A DNA stretch of 43,142 nucleotides from Candidatus Thorarchaeota archaeon. GTDB lineage: Archaea > Asgardarchaeota > Thorarchaeia > Thorarchaeales > Thorarchaeaceae. The stretch covers positions 1 to 43,142 of the forward strand of contig JAEORO010000024.1 of NCBI GenBank assembly GCA_016840855.1, read 5' to 3'. A program made the position numbers and the translations under genes. The notes under the pieces are model-generated. The model searched no databases, had not been told where the DNA came from, and saw only the letters and a program-made list of their open reading frames with translations. Position 1 is the stretch's first letter, and every line of letters begins with the position of its first letter. Below, in pieces: positions 1-9,636 of the stretch.

Positions 1-854
1 GTTAGCTTTTCTCTAAGTTCATTCATGAAGTCAAAGACTCTCTTTGGAGTCTTAGCCATTTTCAGACTTATCACATACTCAGCGAAATTAGAAAAACCTA
101 GTAGCTTTGCCTGTCGGTCCCTCAGTGCAAGAGCATCGGACAAACGTTCTGTGTTTTCCTTACCACCGATTCGTAAGAATTCAGTCTGCATCTTCTTTCG
201 AGTTTCGGGGTTCTTGGCATAAGTTCTAATCGGAAAGAAAACTGGATAGTCAAGTGGGCAAAGATAGTTGTCGCCATCTTTTTCAAGATTCTCGTAGACC
301 GGTGGAGGAACTCCTTCAAGCTCTTCTTTTGTAAAAGGAACCGTAGTGTTAGTTTCGTTTATAGTTCGTTCAAATTCCGATGCAAGAACTGTTAAGTTGT
401 TGGCAACTTCTAGGAATTCCTTCCTTTTCTCATCATCAAGAGCGGCACCACGATGCCTAAATTCCTTGAGAGTTTTATCCAAGAGAGTTTTCTCCTCAGG
501 CTCAAGAGAATCCATCTCAGGTTCCAAATGCACGAGAACATCATAGAGGTCCTTTCGCCCCCATATTTCATTCGCAAATTTACGAACGTCTTTCTCTATC
601 TCCTCTCCAACATCACGTTGAGCTTTATCCGGCGAGATGTTTTTGATAAAGAGGAAGTAATATAGATGGTCTCCAAATGATCCCAAGACCTCTTCAAAAT
701 CCAAGAGAGTCTGTAAACGCACCTTGTTCGAGGGGGTCACTGCAATTTCATCAAGTTTCTGTTTTGCTTTGGCCAATTCTTCATCCGTAACCGATCGCAT
801 TTTGGTAGGGTCGATTTTCCAGTCTATTTTACGGATTACTCCCTGCTCTGTCAT
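1..854 (-). CDS. M3-family metallopeptidase (thimet oligopeptidase/oligopeptidase A-like), N-terminal part; runs off the left edge
   Basis: Not in the ORF track because its stop lies outside the window. Manual translation from ATG 854: MTEQGVIRKIDW...EFRHRGAALDDEKRKEF...FTKEELEGVP...LDYPVFFPI...ALRDRQAKLLGFSNFAEYVISLKMAKTPKRVFDFMNEL, typical M3A N-terminal motifs. HExxH lies beyond the window. Confidence 0.85.
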   Translation of the reverse strand, partial: MTEQGVIRKIDWKIDPTKMRSVTDEELAKAKQKLDEIAVTPSNKVRLQTLLDFEEVLGSFGDHLYYFLFIKNISPDKAQRDVGEEIEKDVRKFANEIWGRKDLYDVLVHLEPEMDSLEPEEKTLLDKTLKEFRHRGAALDDEKRKEFLEVANNLTVLASEFERTINETNTTVPFTKEELEGVPPPVYENLEKDGDNYLCPLDYPVFFPIRTYAKNPETRKKMQTEFLRIGGKENTERLSDALALRDRQAKLLGFSNFAEYVISLKMAKTPKRVFDFMNELREKL

Positions 855-1030
855 AATTTTCGAGGAGGCTTTATTCATATTTAAGCAAAGGGATGTCGGC
901 TATGATAAACAGTAAAATCTAAGAGTAGACATAGCTGTAACATGTTTTAAAAGGACTCAAGTATAGTCCCTTTCAGGTCAACCCCATGAGTCATGCCTAG
1001 GGGTTGTGAACATTCAGGAGAATCACTAGC

Positions 1031-1591
1031 ATGGGTAAAATAACTGACCCAATTGCCAAACGAATCAGAAAGAAGGCTGCCAAGGATATCAAGGGAGGCT
1101 TCTTCGGCAAGATCACTCATTACATCCCCGGCTGGCACGGGTATCAAGAGAAGGAAGAACGTCGTGCCGCTGACAAGGTGCTTCGAGAATTTATGGCCGA
1201 CCAGCTTCGGCTTGTAAAGCAAGACCTTGAGAAGCTGCAGATGATGGCTGTGGACTACAATCTGACGAAAACGTGGGAAACATTCGATAGAATGCTTGCA
1301 CTCACTGACAAGATTGAGTCAGCTATCAGGTACGCCGACTATGGATACGCTGCTTGGGGTTCTAAGGAGAAGATCAATGAACGCGAGCTTGACCAAGTGT
1401 ACGAGTTCGATGGAACACTTATTGACGATATCGGTGAAATCAACGACGTCGTGGAAGATTTCCAAGACCAAATGAACCAAGGCAAGTTTGACGAAGCCTG
1501 GAATTACACCTATCGTATGTGGACTATCATGCAGCGCTTCGAGGAGAAATGGAACCAGCGAGAAGGCTACATGAAAGGGTATCAAGATTAG
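1031..1591 (+). CDS. Conserved all-helical hypothetical protein (IPGWHGYQEKEERRAADK family)
   Basis: 186-aa ORF with AGGAG upstream, C/G-ending codon bias and a downstream terminator hairpin. Confidence 0.85.
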   Translation: MGKITDPIAKRIRKKAAKDIKGGFFGKITHYIPGWHGYQEKEERRAADKVLREFMADQLRLVKQDLEKLQMMAVDYNLTKTWETFDRMLALTDKIESAIRYADYGYAAWGSKEKINERELDQVYEFDGTLIDDIGEINDVVEDFQDQMNQGKFDEAWNYTYRMWTIMQRFEEKWNQREGYMKGYQD

Positions 1592-1602
1592 TCTATTGAG
1601 TT

Positions 1603-1639
1603 ATTCCGGGGCGTTAGCTCCGGAATTTTACTTCTTTTC
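1603..1639 (+). terminator. Hairpin plus U-rich tract
   Basis: ATTCCGGGGC-GTTA-GCTCCGGAAT (10-bp stem, one GU) followed by TTTACTTCTTTT. Confidence 0.7.
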
Positions 1640-1737
1640 AAATCACATTACATACAAATCATTTTCATCATCAAATTATTTCATATCACAAAATCTAACT
1701 CAATAAAGGGATAGTTAGAATTGGAGTAACAAATATC

Positions 1738-2055
1738 ATGCAAGGTCCGTACCTCTTGATAACTATTGGTCTCGAATTCTTTTTACTAGTTGGCTATTTG
1801 TTCTACTTACTCTTCAGATTTTATTCTAAAGGTGAAGATCGACCTACAATGTTGAAATGGATCATAGTGATAATTGGCCTGATCACAGCTGGATTGATTG
1901 TTTCAAATTTGCTAGTAGCAACAAGGATGTCTCAGCCCGACCTTGTCGTTACGTCAGGCATACTACTTATAGATTTCATCGGAGTCTATCTACTCATTGA
2001 TGATACTCAAAGGATTTCTCGGAAGACTGGATTACTAACTACTATTAATGAATAA
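1738..2055 (+). CDS. Small 3-TM membrane protein, unknown function
   Basis: 105 aa with three hydrophobic segments; GGAG upstream. Confidence 0.7.
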   Translation: MQGPYLLITIGLEFFLLVGYLFYLLFRFYSKGEDRPTMLKWIIVIIGLITAGLIVSNLLVATRMSQPDLVVTSGILLIDFIGVYLLIDDTQRISRKTGLLTTINE

Positions 2056-2146
2056 GAGAGGCAATCTTCTAATCCACCAAGCGATATTGGTCTGACTTCG
2101 AATAAAGTCAAGGATTGAGCTCTATATTCAAGTACCAAAAGACAGT

Positions 2147-2284
2147 TTACCCTTGGAAGGGGATATGATATAATTGACCCATCTTGATGATTACAATCGT
2201 GACGAACACGAGGACAACATCAAATGCACCAATGGCTATTAAGACACCTTCTGAAAGTGCTATTTCAGAAGTTTGGACTTTCAT
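2147..2284 (-). CDS. Possible 45-aa single-TM microprotein
   Basis: Manual translation MKVQTSEIALSEGVLIAIGAFDVVLVFVTIVIIKMGQLYHIPFQG; fills an otherwise empty gap. Confidence 0.3.
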   Translation of the reverse strand: MKVQTSEIALSEGVLIAIGAFDVVLVFVTIVIIKMGQLYHIPFQG

Positions 2285-2324
2285 CTATGTGATCATCTGA
2301 GGATTATAGTCTATTAGAAAGAAG

Positions 2325-3344
2325 GTGGGACTACACTTGAAATATTCGCGTCTATTAAAAATGGCCGCTAGACTCATTGGAATAATTCTCTTCATTTACA
2401 TATTGATGGGAGTAGATATCCAAAGAATGATAATAGCTACCTTTTCAATCTCCCCCTTCATTATGGTAGTATTGATACTGACTGTTTTACCAATTATGAT
2501 ACTAAGAGGAGTACGATGGCAAGTTGTAGCTGAAGGATTGGATTTGAACTTGAATACAATGGAGTCAACAAAGGCGTTATGTATGGCTCAATTAGCGAGT
2601 CTGGTGATTCCAGGCAACTTTGGAGATCTAATCAGAATCCCATATATGAAGCATAGAGGTAATCGAGTAGATAGATCAATTATCAGTATTTTATTGGACT
2701 CAATGTTAGGAGCTGTTGTTCCGTTCACCTTTGGAATTTTTGCTATGGCTATTATTCTTGAATTCAGTATCACAATTGAACTTATTATCATTGCATCAAT
2801 ATGGATTGCAGGGTGTTACATTTTTTACCGCATCATCCGAGCCACTCTTTGGCCAAGATTCATGCAAGCCCGACTTAATAGATTGATGAAGGAAGGAATT
2901 AGGGGAAGGGCATTCTTTACTCTCCCTTCAATGTTGAAATCTATTGGCAGTATTAGGATTGCACTAAGCCTAATTCTTGCTCTGCTTCTGTTCGTTCTTT
3001 ACGTGACTCAAGCCTATATTCTCGCTCATGCTCTTGGAATGCTGGTTGAGTGGACATATCTGGCCTTTACATTAGGACTCGCCACAATTATAATTGCTAT
3101 TCCTGTAACGATTCAAGGTCTTGGTTTAAGGGAAGGTGTATTGCTCTTTATGCTGACGCAAATAGGTTTTGATCCTGTACTTATTATTTCATTCTCACTA
3201 ACTTTAATGATAATCAACCTTTCACCAGCAATTGCGGGATTTATAATATGGATTAAGAATCCCTTTGTTGATATCACTGATCAAGAGATTCAGGACGCAG
3301 AAGTGATTATACCTTCGGACAGATTACTCTATGAAGCAGGTTGA
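2325..3344 (+). CDS. Lysylphosphatidylglycerol synthase TM / UPF0104 flippase-like protein (start may be ATG 2361)
   Basis: LRGVRWQ, IPGNFGDLIRIPY and IPVTIQGLGLREG motifs; multi-pass hydrophobic. Confidence 0.85.
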   Translation: MGLHLKYSRLLKMAARLIGIILFIYILMGVDIQRMIIATFSISPFIMVVLILTVLPIMILRGVRWQVVAEGLDLNLNTMESTKALCMAQLASLVIPGNFGDLIRIPYMKHRGNRVDRSIISILLDSMLGAVVPFTFGIFAMAIILEFSITIELIIIASIWIAGCYIFYRIIRATLWPRFMQARLNRLMKEGIRGRAFFTLPSMLKSIGSIRIALSLILALLLFVLYVTQAYILAHALGMLVEWTYLAFTLGLATIIIAIPVTIQGLGLREGVLLFMLTQIGFDPVLIISFSLTLMIINLSPAIAGFIIWIKNPFVDITDQEIQDAEVIIPSDRLLYEAG

Positions 3345-3443
3345 TTTTGATCCCCCAATATGACTCTAGCTTAATTTCCACAAGTCATACACATTTCGGG
3401 ACCATCTCGCGCACGTTTCTTTATGAAAGGTCAAATAATGCAA

Positions 3444-3836
3444 CTAATCTACTAAACGAGAAACAAATTCATCCCAAGATATACCCTTAAACTCATCAAA
3501 CCAATTTGGAAATTTAGCTACTGTTTCCTTAATATTCAAGACACTAATCTTGAACTCAGGTGGTTCTAAGCTTTCTATCTGTACGAATTTCGCTACCTGT
3601 ACGAATTGTTCGTCTTGCAATATTGACTCAAACTGCGCTTTGCTTATTCCCTCAGTGATATAATCATAAACATCATCAACATACCCAATTGCAGCATATA
3701 TTCTATCAATGAGTAGAAACCTAGTCTTTTGGTTGTTGAAAGAATTCTCGATATGATGCAATGTGATATCGATATCTGTACGATCCCAATTGCGGGTCCA
3801 GCCATCCAAGATTTCAAAGAGAGTATGTATCGTCAT
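3444..3836 (-). CDS. Hypothetical protein
   Basis: 130-aa ATG-started ORF filling the gap; protein-like acidic composition. Confidence 0.7.
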   Translation of the reverse strand: MTIHTLFEILDGWTRNWDRTDIDITLHHIENSFNNQKTRFLLIDRIYAAIGYVDDVYDYITEGISKAQFESILQDEQFVQVAKFVQIESLEPPEFKISVLNIKETVAKFPNWFDEFKGISWDEFVSRLVD

Positions 3837-3898
3837 TGCAAATCATAACCGAGAGGCGAAAGATGAATAAAAACTTGGCTAAAGAGTTAATCCCAAAA

Positions 3899-4165
3899 TC
3901 ATATTCCGAGGTCTCTTAGTGCACGATCTATAAGGCGCATACTCAGAAGCCGCTCGCAACCACAGCAGATGAAAGTATCTGGCCCCTGCCATGTGACGCC
4001 TGAGTTGAAATCAATTATAGTACCACAAGTCGGACATTGTATCTGGTGGCTCTTTGAAGATGAGAGGAACTTTTTTGTGACAGATTCAAAAGCGGGTTGA
4101 TCTTTTTCTAAGTGAATAATATCCTTTTGCCTGCCAAGTTGGTTTCTTATAGTATCCATTGTCAA
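3899..4165 (-). CDS. Small zinc-ribbon protein
   Basis: CPTCG...CCGC Cys pairs. Confidence 0.75.
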   Translation of the reverse strand: MTMDTIRNQLGRQKDIIHLEKDQPAFESVTKKFLSSSKSHQIQCPTCGTIIDFNSGVTWQGPDTFICCGCERLLSMRLIDRALRDLGI

Positions 4166-4242
4166 TCACCAGATTGTCATTTAGACTACTGGATGATTTA
4201 CTATAAGACCTAGCAATACATGACAAAGAATCGAGAATCAAA

Positions 4243-4287
4243 CAAAAAAAAAGAAAGAGGAGGAAAAGGAGGAGGTCCTCCCTTTCC
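4243..4287 (-). terminator. Hairpin plus poly-U terminator of the 277-aa membrane protein gene
   Basis: Minus strand reads GGAAAGGGAGG-ACCT-CCTCCTTTTCC then CTTTCTTTTTTTTT. Confidence 0.7.
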
Positions 4288-4301
4288 AAAGGTAATCAAA
4301 A

Positions 4302-5135
4302 CTATTGTTCAAACTTCTTTACAATCTTACCCATGCCATAGATGAACAGGATGATTAGAAGAATTGCTCCAAGATTCGAGTTTCCAACTCCAGCCATGCC
4401 AGCAAAGAATTCAATGGATGCTGATGGTCCTGTATAACCCCAATAGTCGAATATGCTTGCTAGAGGAGCATATGATGTGGCGTTGAATAAGACGCCTAAT
4501 AGGAAGACCAGTACCATAAGCATATAGAAAACCTTGGCTAAGTCTCCAAAGAATCCACCAACTTTCTCGCCTGTATACATCTTGAGGATATTGAAGAGAC
4601 CATAGCACATGAGGATAAACGCAAATGCAATCATTATGCCACCACCCATGTAGATGAATTGAGGCATAATATGATTGGCACTTGTATTTCCAATCATGGC
4701 ATCCATGTCAAAGTTGGCATAGAAAGCCACAGCTAGAACAAGGAGTAGACCCTTCAAGAAATGGAACACATTCTTGACGAGATCCCAATTTCCAACCCTG
4801 TTTTCAATGAATGGTGCGATGAAGAATAGCAGACCAACTATTAAGATCAATATAGCTGCAACTGCTTGCGCTGCATCTAGAACCATCCAAATTATTGAGT
4901 TGAGAATCAGGGACAAACCTAAACAAATCCAGGCTGTGTTCTCCTTACCTATAGCGTAGTACATCGGAAACAGTAGTCCGATTACTAGAGTAAAGTAGTA
5001 TAACCATGTCAACCCTACATTAGCAAGAACTTCTGCTGACAGGTATGTCCATGGCAGATATATCAAGAAGAATAATGCTAATGCAATTGCGGACAGGTAT
5101 TGAATTAGAGTCTTGAAATCCATTTGTTCACTCAA
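4302..5135 (-). CDS. Polytopic membrane protein (about 8 TM), unknown function
   Basis: 277 aa, almost entirely hydrophobic helices; GAGGAG upstream; has its own terminator. Confidence 0.85.
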   Translation of the reverse strand: MSEQMDFKTLIQYLSAIALALFFLIYLPWTYLSAEVLANVGLTWLYYFTLVIGLLFPMYYAIGKENTAWICLGLSLILNSIIWMVLDAAQAVAAILILIVGLLFFIAPFIENRVGNWDLVKNVFHFLKGLLLVLAVAFYANFDMDAMIGNTSANHIMPQFIYMGGGIMIAFAFILMCYGLFNILKMYTGEKVGGFFGDLAKVFYMLMVLVFLLGVLFNATSYAPLASIFDYWGYTGPSASIEFFAGMAGVGNSNLGAILLIILFIYGMGKIVKKFEQ

Positions 5136-5323
5136 GCTCAGTTCACTCCTCGGCCCGAAGGCCCACGCAGTGCATAGGAAGTAGAATTAGTAGTATAAAA
5201 AATGATTTTTTTTGAAAATTGGAGTTCGACAAAAGACGATTTTTTTTAATGAAAAACGCGCATATTAATGGAGTTACAATAGCAATTGGCGCGGTTCAAG
5301 TTCCGTTTATTTTTCCCTATGAC

Positions 5324-6640
5324 TCAGGCAAAAAAGGTGAGCTGAAATTGATACATGACCCAAACTCCAACAAAGAAGAACATTATTGACATCACAATGT
5401 AAATTGCAGATGACATGCGTCCCTTGAATGCAAGAATTGCTACCCATGCAGAAAGCATGATTCGGGGTGATGCAATACCGGAGATGCCTTCCATACTCAA
5501 TGTAATCCACATAAATAAGACACCATATATTCCAAGCTCAACATCATCCTTGAATAGAGTGAGGGCTAGAAAGAAAAATGGAATGGTGAACATATACCTC
5601 AAGAGCATGAGGAGGATCGGTTCTACTCCAGGATTGTTTTGAGTGAAGTATCCCTCGAAGAACCATCTGAATTGGTGGTAGGGTGTAGCTAATGAGTCAC
5701 CAAACCAACCATGAGCCTCGAAAGCAGCAAAAAAGCTTCCTGTCAATGATTGAAGGTATAGAAAGAACGCTACAACAGAAACTAGAGGTATGGAGAACCA
5801 AAACCATCTAAAATTAAATGCCTTCACAAAGGACTTCTCTTTCTTGTATTTATCAATCAAGTTTGAGAGTATTATAACCCCATAAATCAAGAAGAGAAAT
5901 CCAGAGATGTATCTTGTCAGGATTGAAAACGTTGTGAAAATAGCACAAATGAAGTAACTCTCTTTTTTAAAAAAGTACCAAGAGGAAATTGCAAAGAAGA
6001 GAAATGGAGCTTCAGAATAAGCCAATGTTCCATAGGAGAGAAATGTTGGAAATAAGCCAAAGCTCAGTGTTAGAAAACACGCCTCCCTATAGTCCGTGTA
6101 TAATCTGGCTACTTTGAAGAATGCTATTATTGTGAGAAAATAGAACGTATTTGATACAATAACCCCTGAGAGGTATAAACTCCCCACTACCTGACCGACT
6201 ATGGCAACCATCCATGGATACACTGGAGCAAACGCGAACAGGAGATCAGATTCAACTCCGATGGGGTATCCATTTCGAGCAATCTCCAGGAAGTGATTGG
6301 AGTCCCAACGATTAGCAAGTGCAAGCAGGATTTCAGGGGTGCCAGTTATGTCTGAAGGTGTATATGGGTTATAATAGAGCCACGGAATTAGATCTTCCAG
6401 TATCATCCAGTTGAGACAAGCAACTAGCAGTAATTTAGCGATTATTATCGAAATATAAACTCCCAAAAAGAGGAAGGGAATCCGAGTAGCTTTTGAGAGT
6501 TCATTCAAGCGGATCCAATATCTGTTTAGAAGTGATGGTACCTGAGCCTCTTCAAGTGGTTCAGAAGTCTTTGAGTCCTCACCATTATCGTTACTCAAAT
6601 TCAATCCCCTCGGTATATTGTTCGAACAATCCAAAAACAT
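5324..6640 (-). CDS. GT-C mannosyltransferase, PIG-V/GT76-like (true start probably slightly downstream)
   Basis: RWDSNHFLEIARNGY, FAFAPVYP and YSEAPF motifs; multi-pass membrane. Confidence 0.8.
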   Translation of the reverse strand: MFLDCSNNIPRGLNLSNDNGEDSKTSEPLEEAQVPSLLNRYWIRLNELSKATRIPFLFLGVYISIIIAKLLLVACLNWMILEDLIPWLYYNPYTPSDITGTPEILLALANRWDSNHFLEIARNGYPIGVESDLLFAFAPVYPWMVAIVGQVVGSLYLSGVIVSNTFYFLTIIAFFKVARLYTDYREACFLTLSFGLFPTFLSYGTLAYSEAPFLFFAISSWYFFKKESYFICAIFTTFSILTRYISGFLFLIYGVIILSNLIDKYKKEKSFVKAFNFRWFWFSIPLVSVVAFFLYLQSLTGSFFAAFEAHGWFGDSLATPYHQFRWFFEGYFTQNNPGVEPILLMLLRYMFTIPFFFLALTLFKDDVELGIYGVLFMWITLSMEGISGIASPRIMLSAWVAILAFKGRMSSAIYIVMSIMFFFVGVWVMYQFQLTFFA

Positions 6641-6772
6641 GCGTGTGTATATATCTGTCCCTCAAGAAATTAAGATAAACAACTGTTTTACTAAGAAGGG
6701 AGTTAGAAAGGCCGCGTGACGAGGAGTGGCTAATATATAGTCCTTTGTTGAACTATTTTTTGGTGACTATGA

Positions 6773-7156
6773 GTGGATATTCATCCCAGGAGTCAGCTAC
6801 ATAAGAACTCCAATCAAAGTGATAATCTTAGCAATCGCTTTTTGTCTGAAACAAAAAACCTGACTGGTCTTGTTCTTGAAGATGCAAGTAGACAACTAGA
6901 TAGAAACATTCTATTGAAACAACATGAGAATGTTGTGCAGGCACTTGAGGATTTGTGGGTAGGAGTGGAAAATGGAGAGATTAGGGTTGAGTGCATGCCG
7001 CTCCTAAGAAGTGCTCGTGATGTGTCATGTCCAGAGCTTAGTCGTAAACTTCAAGCATCTGAATTGGATCACACCAAGGTAATTAGAGACCTTAAATTAT
7101 TGGTGAATACCTTCACCTATGTCATTAAACCAAAGAGCATCAAATTTACGCTTTAG
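6773..7156 (+). CDS. Hypothetical protein
   Basis: 127-aa GTG-started ORF with GGTGA upstream. Confidence 0.6.
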   Translation: MDIHPRSQLHKNSNQSDNLSNRFLSETKNLTGLVLEDASRQLDRNILLKQHENVVQALEDLWVGVENGEIRVECMPLLRSARDVSCPELSRKLQASELDHTKVIRDLKLLVNTFTYVIKPKSIKFTL

Positions 7157-7208
7157 TTTTCGAGTCAGAAAGGAAGACTGAATACCTCCCTATTTTTAGT
7201 TATACAGG

Positions 7209-7970
7209 ATGAAGATGAGAGCGACTTTGTTAGGTACAGGAACATCATATCCTGATCCAGAGCGTGTACAATCAGGGATTCTCATCGAAGAAGGGAGTCA
7301 TAAGATTCTGCTTGATATTGGTTCAGGAATTCTTCAAAGAATGACACAACAGAAAATTGACATCAAATCTATTGAAGAAGTGTTCATTAGTCATTTCCAT
7401 ATTGACCATTGCGCGGATTTTCTGCCTTTATGTCAAAGTCTATGGTTATCTGGATATGATAAGACTCTGAGGGTTTTTGCACCACCTACAATAAGGGAAT
7501 GGTCTAGAGGTGTTTTCGATATAGCTTTCAAGTACCTCAGAGATAGAATTCTTGTCAAGACCACAGCGTTATCAGAAAACCATGTCGTCCCTCTGGACGA
7601 CATCACTGTAATTACTAGTCCAACCTTGCATAGTAACTACGATACACGTGCTTTCAGGGTGGAATGCGATGGGAAGACTCTTACATATTCTTCAGACACA
7701 GCTCCTTGTAGAGATATTATTGAATTAGCAAAGGGAACTGATATTTTGATACATGAATGTAATTGGCTTGATGGACTGCATCAGGAAGGCTTTCATACAA
7801 GTCCTAACGAGCTAGCAAAAATCGCGGAGGAAATCAATCCAACCAAAATCATATTGACCCATGTTTCTCCAGAGGTGGTTGCAGCCAGAGAGAAAGTGAT
7901 TGATATTGTAGGCAGGAGGACTAATGCCGAAGTACTGCTTGGTGAGGATTTGATGATGCTAAACTTGTAG
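7209..7970 (+). CDS. MBL-fold metallo-hydrolase, RNase Z/ElaC-like
   Basis: LGTG, LLDIGSG, SHFHIDH (HxHxDH), YSSDTAPC, LIHEC, HTSP and LTH motifs. Confidence 0.9.
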   Translation: MKMRATLLGTGTSYPDPERVQSGILIEEGSHKILLDIGSGILQRMTQQKIDIKSIEEVFISHFHIDHCADFLPLCQSLWLSGYDKTLRVFAPPTIREWSRGVFDIAFKYLRDRILVKTTALSENHVVPLDDITVITSPTLHSNYDTRAFRVECDGKTLTYSSDTAPCRDIIELAKGTDILIHECNWLDGLHQEGFHTSPNELAKIAEEINPTKIILTHVSPEVVAAREKVIDIVGRRTNAEVLLGEDLMMLNL

Positions 7971-7972
7971 AC

Positions 7973-8419
7973 TTATGGATATTGAAACCCAGTCCTTCTC
8001 GGACCATACAAACGCTTGATATTAGCTATACCAAATGTTCCTCCTAGAATATATACAGGTGACCATGCAGCTAGTTCTGTATACTCAGGCCAAATTGGGG
8101 GCGGGAAACCATTACTAAGCGCAATACCATTTACAGTCAAGATTATGAAAAAGAAAACTGAGTAGCAAAGATTCACAACTGCCGCCTTTCTTGCGAACGA
8201 GCTTTCGTATGTCTTTAGTATATGACGAGTATCTTGGAAGAGAATGATGACGAAGAACATTGTGAATGCAATAAGTGCTGGATAGGAGAATAGCCAGAAC
8301 AAGATGTAACCAATCAGGATGAGACCAGCATAGATTGCATAGGTAGCAAGTGGATTGAATGGACGACCATGTGATACCACTGGTTTCTTTGCTTCTTCTT
8401 CTTGTGGCTCTTCAGACAT
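7973..8419 (-). CDS. Membrane protein (about 4 TM), unknown function
   Basis: ATG MSEEPQEE start chosen; several hydrophobic helices. Confidence 0.75.
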   Translation of the reverse strand: MSEEPQEEEAKKPVVSHGRPFNPLATYAIYAGLILIGYILFWLFSYPALIAFTMFFVIILFQDTRHILKTYESSFARKAAVVNLCYSVFFFIILTVNGIALSNGFPPPIWPEYTELAAWSPVYILGGTFGIANIKRLYGPRRTGFQYP

Positions 8420-8581
8420 CAAAACCCACACACGTTCATTGCATGCAAATCATATAACTAAGTGCTTAGAAGCAAAATATTTCTAGTTCCACATCCACAA
8501 ACCTTACCATGTGAATGTTTTTAACATATGAGAACACACAACAACACAGAACTCGAAAAAATCTAACCGAGTCGATGAATT

Positions 8582-9463
8582 ATGGCCGACGCAATTGAAT
8601 GGACAAACGCCAATCCCGAGGACATCGTTTGGCGTTATCCAGATAATAGAATTGATTGGGGTTCACAGCTAATTGTAATGGAGAACCAAGCTGCCATCTT
8701 CTACCGAGACGGAAAAGCTTTGGATACATTCCTCGCAGGCCGCCACAAATTGACCACAAGTAGCATGCCAGGTCTAGTTGGTTGGTTACAGAAGAAGATC
8801 AAAGGCGATGTCTTTGAAGCCACCTGTGTCTTTATCTCAAGAGGACAATTCCAAGGTAAGTATGGAGGCAGAGGGCAGACAAGTGACTTAGCTCCACTGA
8901 TGTTTCACGGTAACTTCTGGTTCCGTGTCCAGGAGCCAAAGATTTTCGTTCAGGAAGTGGTCGGGAACCAGAATGCCTTCAGTACAAAGAAGGTGAATGA
9001 TTTCCTACGCTCGTTCATGAATGAGAGGATAATAGATGAGTTCGCTCACTACGACCTCCAGGCAGTCTTTACACAACTTGATGAGACATCATTGAAAGTA
9101 AAGACCCAGGTCCGAATGAATTTCGAGAGGATCGGTCTCGAACTTGTTGATTTGAAGTTCGAGGGTATTGATACCACAGAGAAGTTCAGAGAACGTCTGT
9201 TCTGGCTCAAAACTGGTGGTGTCAGTGGCCAGCAGGTCATGGGAGCTGAAACAATCAAGTCTTCTGCAGAGTCACTTGGAAAGAGTCCAGGTGCTGGCTT
9301 CGGAGCTGGCATGGGATTCATGGGAGCTACTGCAGGAATGATGCAGGGCGGACAACAGGGAGGACCAGCTGGGACACCAGCAGGTGCTAAGTTCTGCGCC
9401 AACTGCGGAACTGCGCTGAATGGAGCGAAGTTCTGCCCGAACTGCGGTTCCAAAGTAGGATAG
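8582..9463 (+). CDS. SPFH/band-7 domain protein with C-terminal double zinc ribbon
   Basis: IVWRYP...GSQLIVMENQAAIFYRDGK...GRHKLTT; GAGFGAGMG linker; KFCANCG and KFCPNCG. Confidence 0.9.
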   Translation: MADAIEWTNANPEDIVWRYPDNRIDWGSQLIVMENQAAIFYRDGKALDTFLAGRHKLTTSSMPGLVGWLQKKIKGDVFEATCVFISRGQFQGKYGGRGQTSDLAPLMFHGNFWFRVQEPKIFVQEVVGNQNAFSTKKVNDFLRSFMNERIIDEFAHYDLQAVFTQLDETSLKVKTQVRMNFERIGLELVDLKFEGIDTTEKFRERLFWLKTGGVSGQQVMGAETIKSSAESLGKSPGAGFGAGMGFMGATAGMMQGGQQGGPAGTPAGAKFCANCGTALNGAKFCPNCGSKVG

Positions 9464-9474
9464 TATCAACATAT

Positions 9475-9507
9475 GGTTGGGCGTGATGCCCAACCGCTTT
9501 CGTTTTT
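9475..9507 (+). terminator. Intrinsic-type terminator
   Basis: GGTTGGGC-GTGAT-GCCCAACC perfect 8-bp stem, then GCTTTCGTTTTT. Confidence 0.75.
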
Positions 9508-9636
9508 CGTAATACGTTCACTGGATACTGGGAAATAGATATCTGACTTTCAAAAATCACTGTCCGCGCTAAATATATTGCACCAATGGGAAAAGAGGGT
9601 AGCTTCAAGTGCGACTTTGGATAGGATTGTTTTAGT

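Noticed and set aside
25-915. Short ORFs listed in the track at the left end
   Set aside because: They are shadows of the M3 peptidase on the minus strand.
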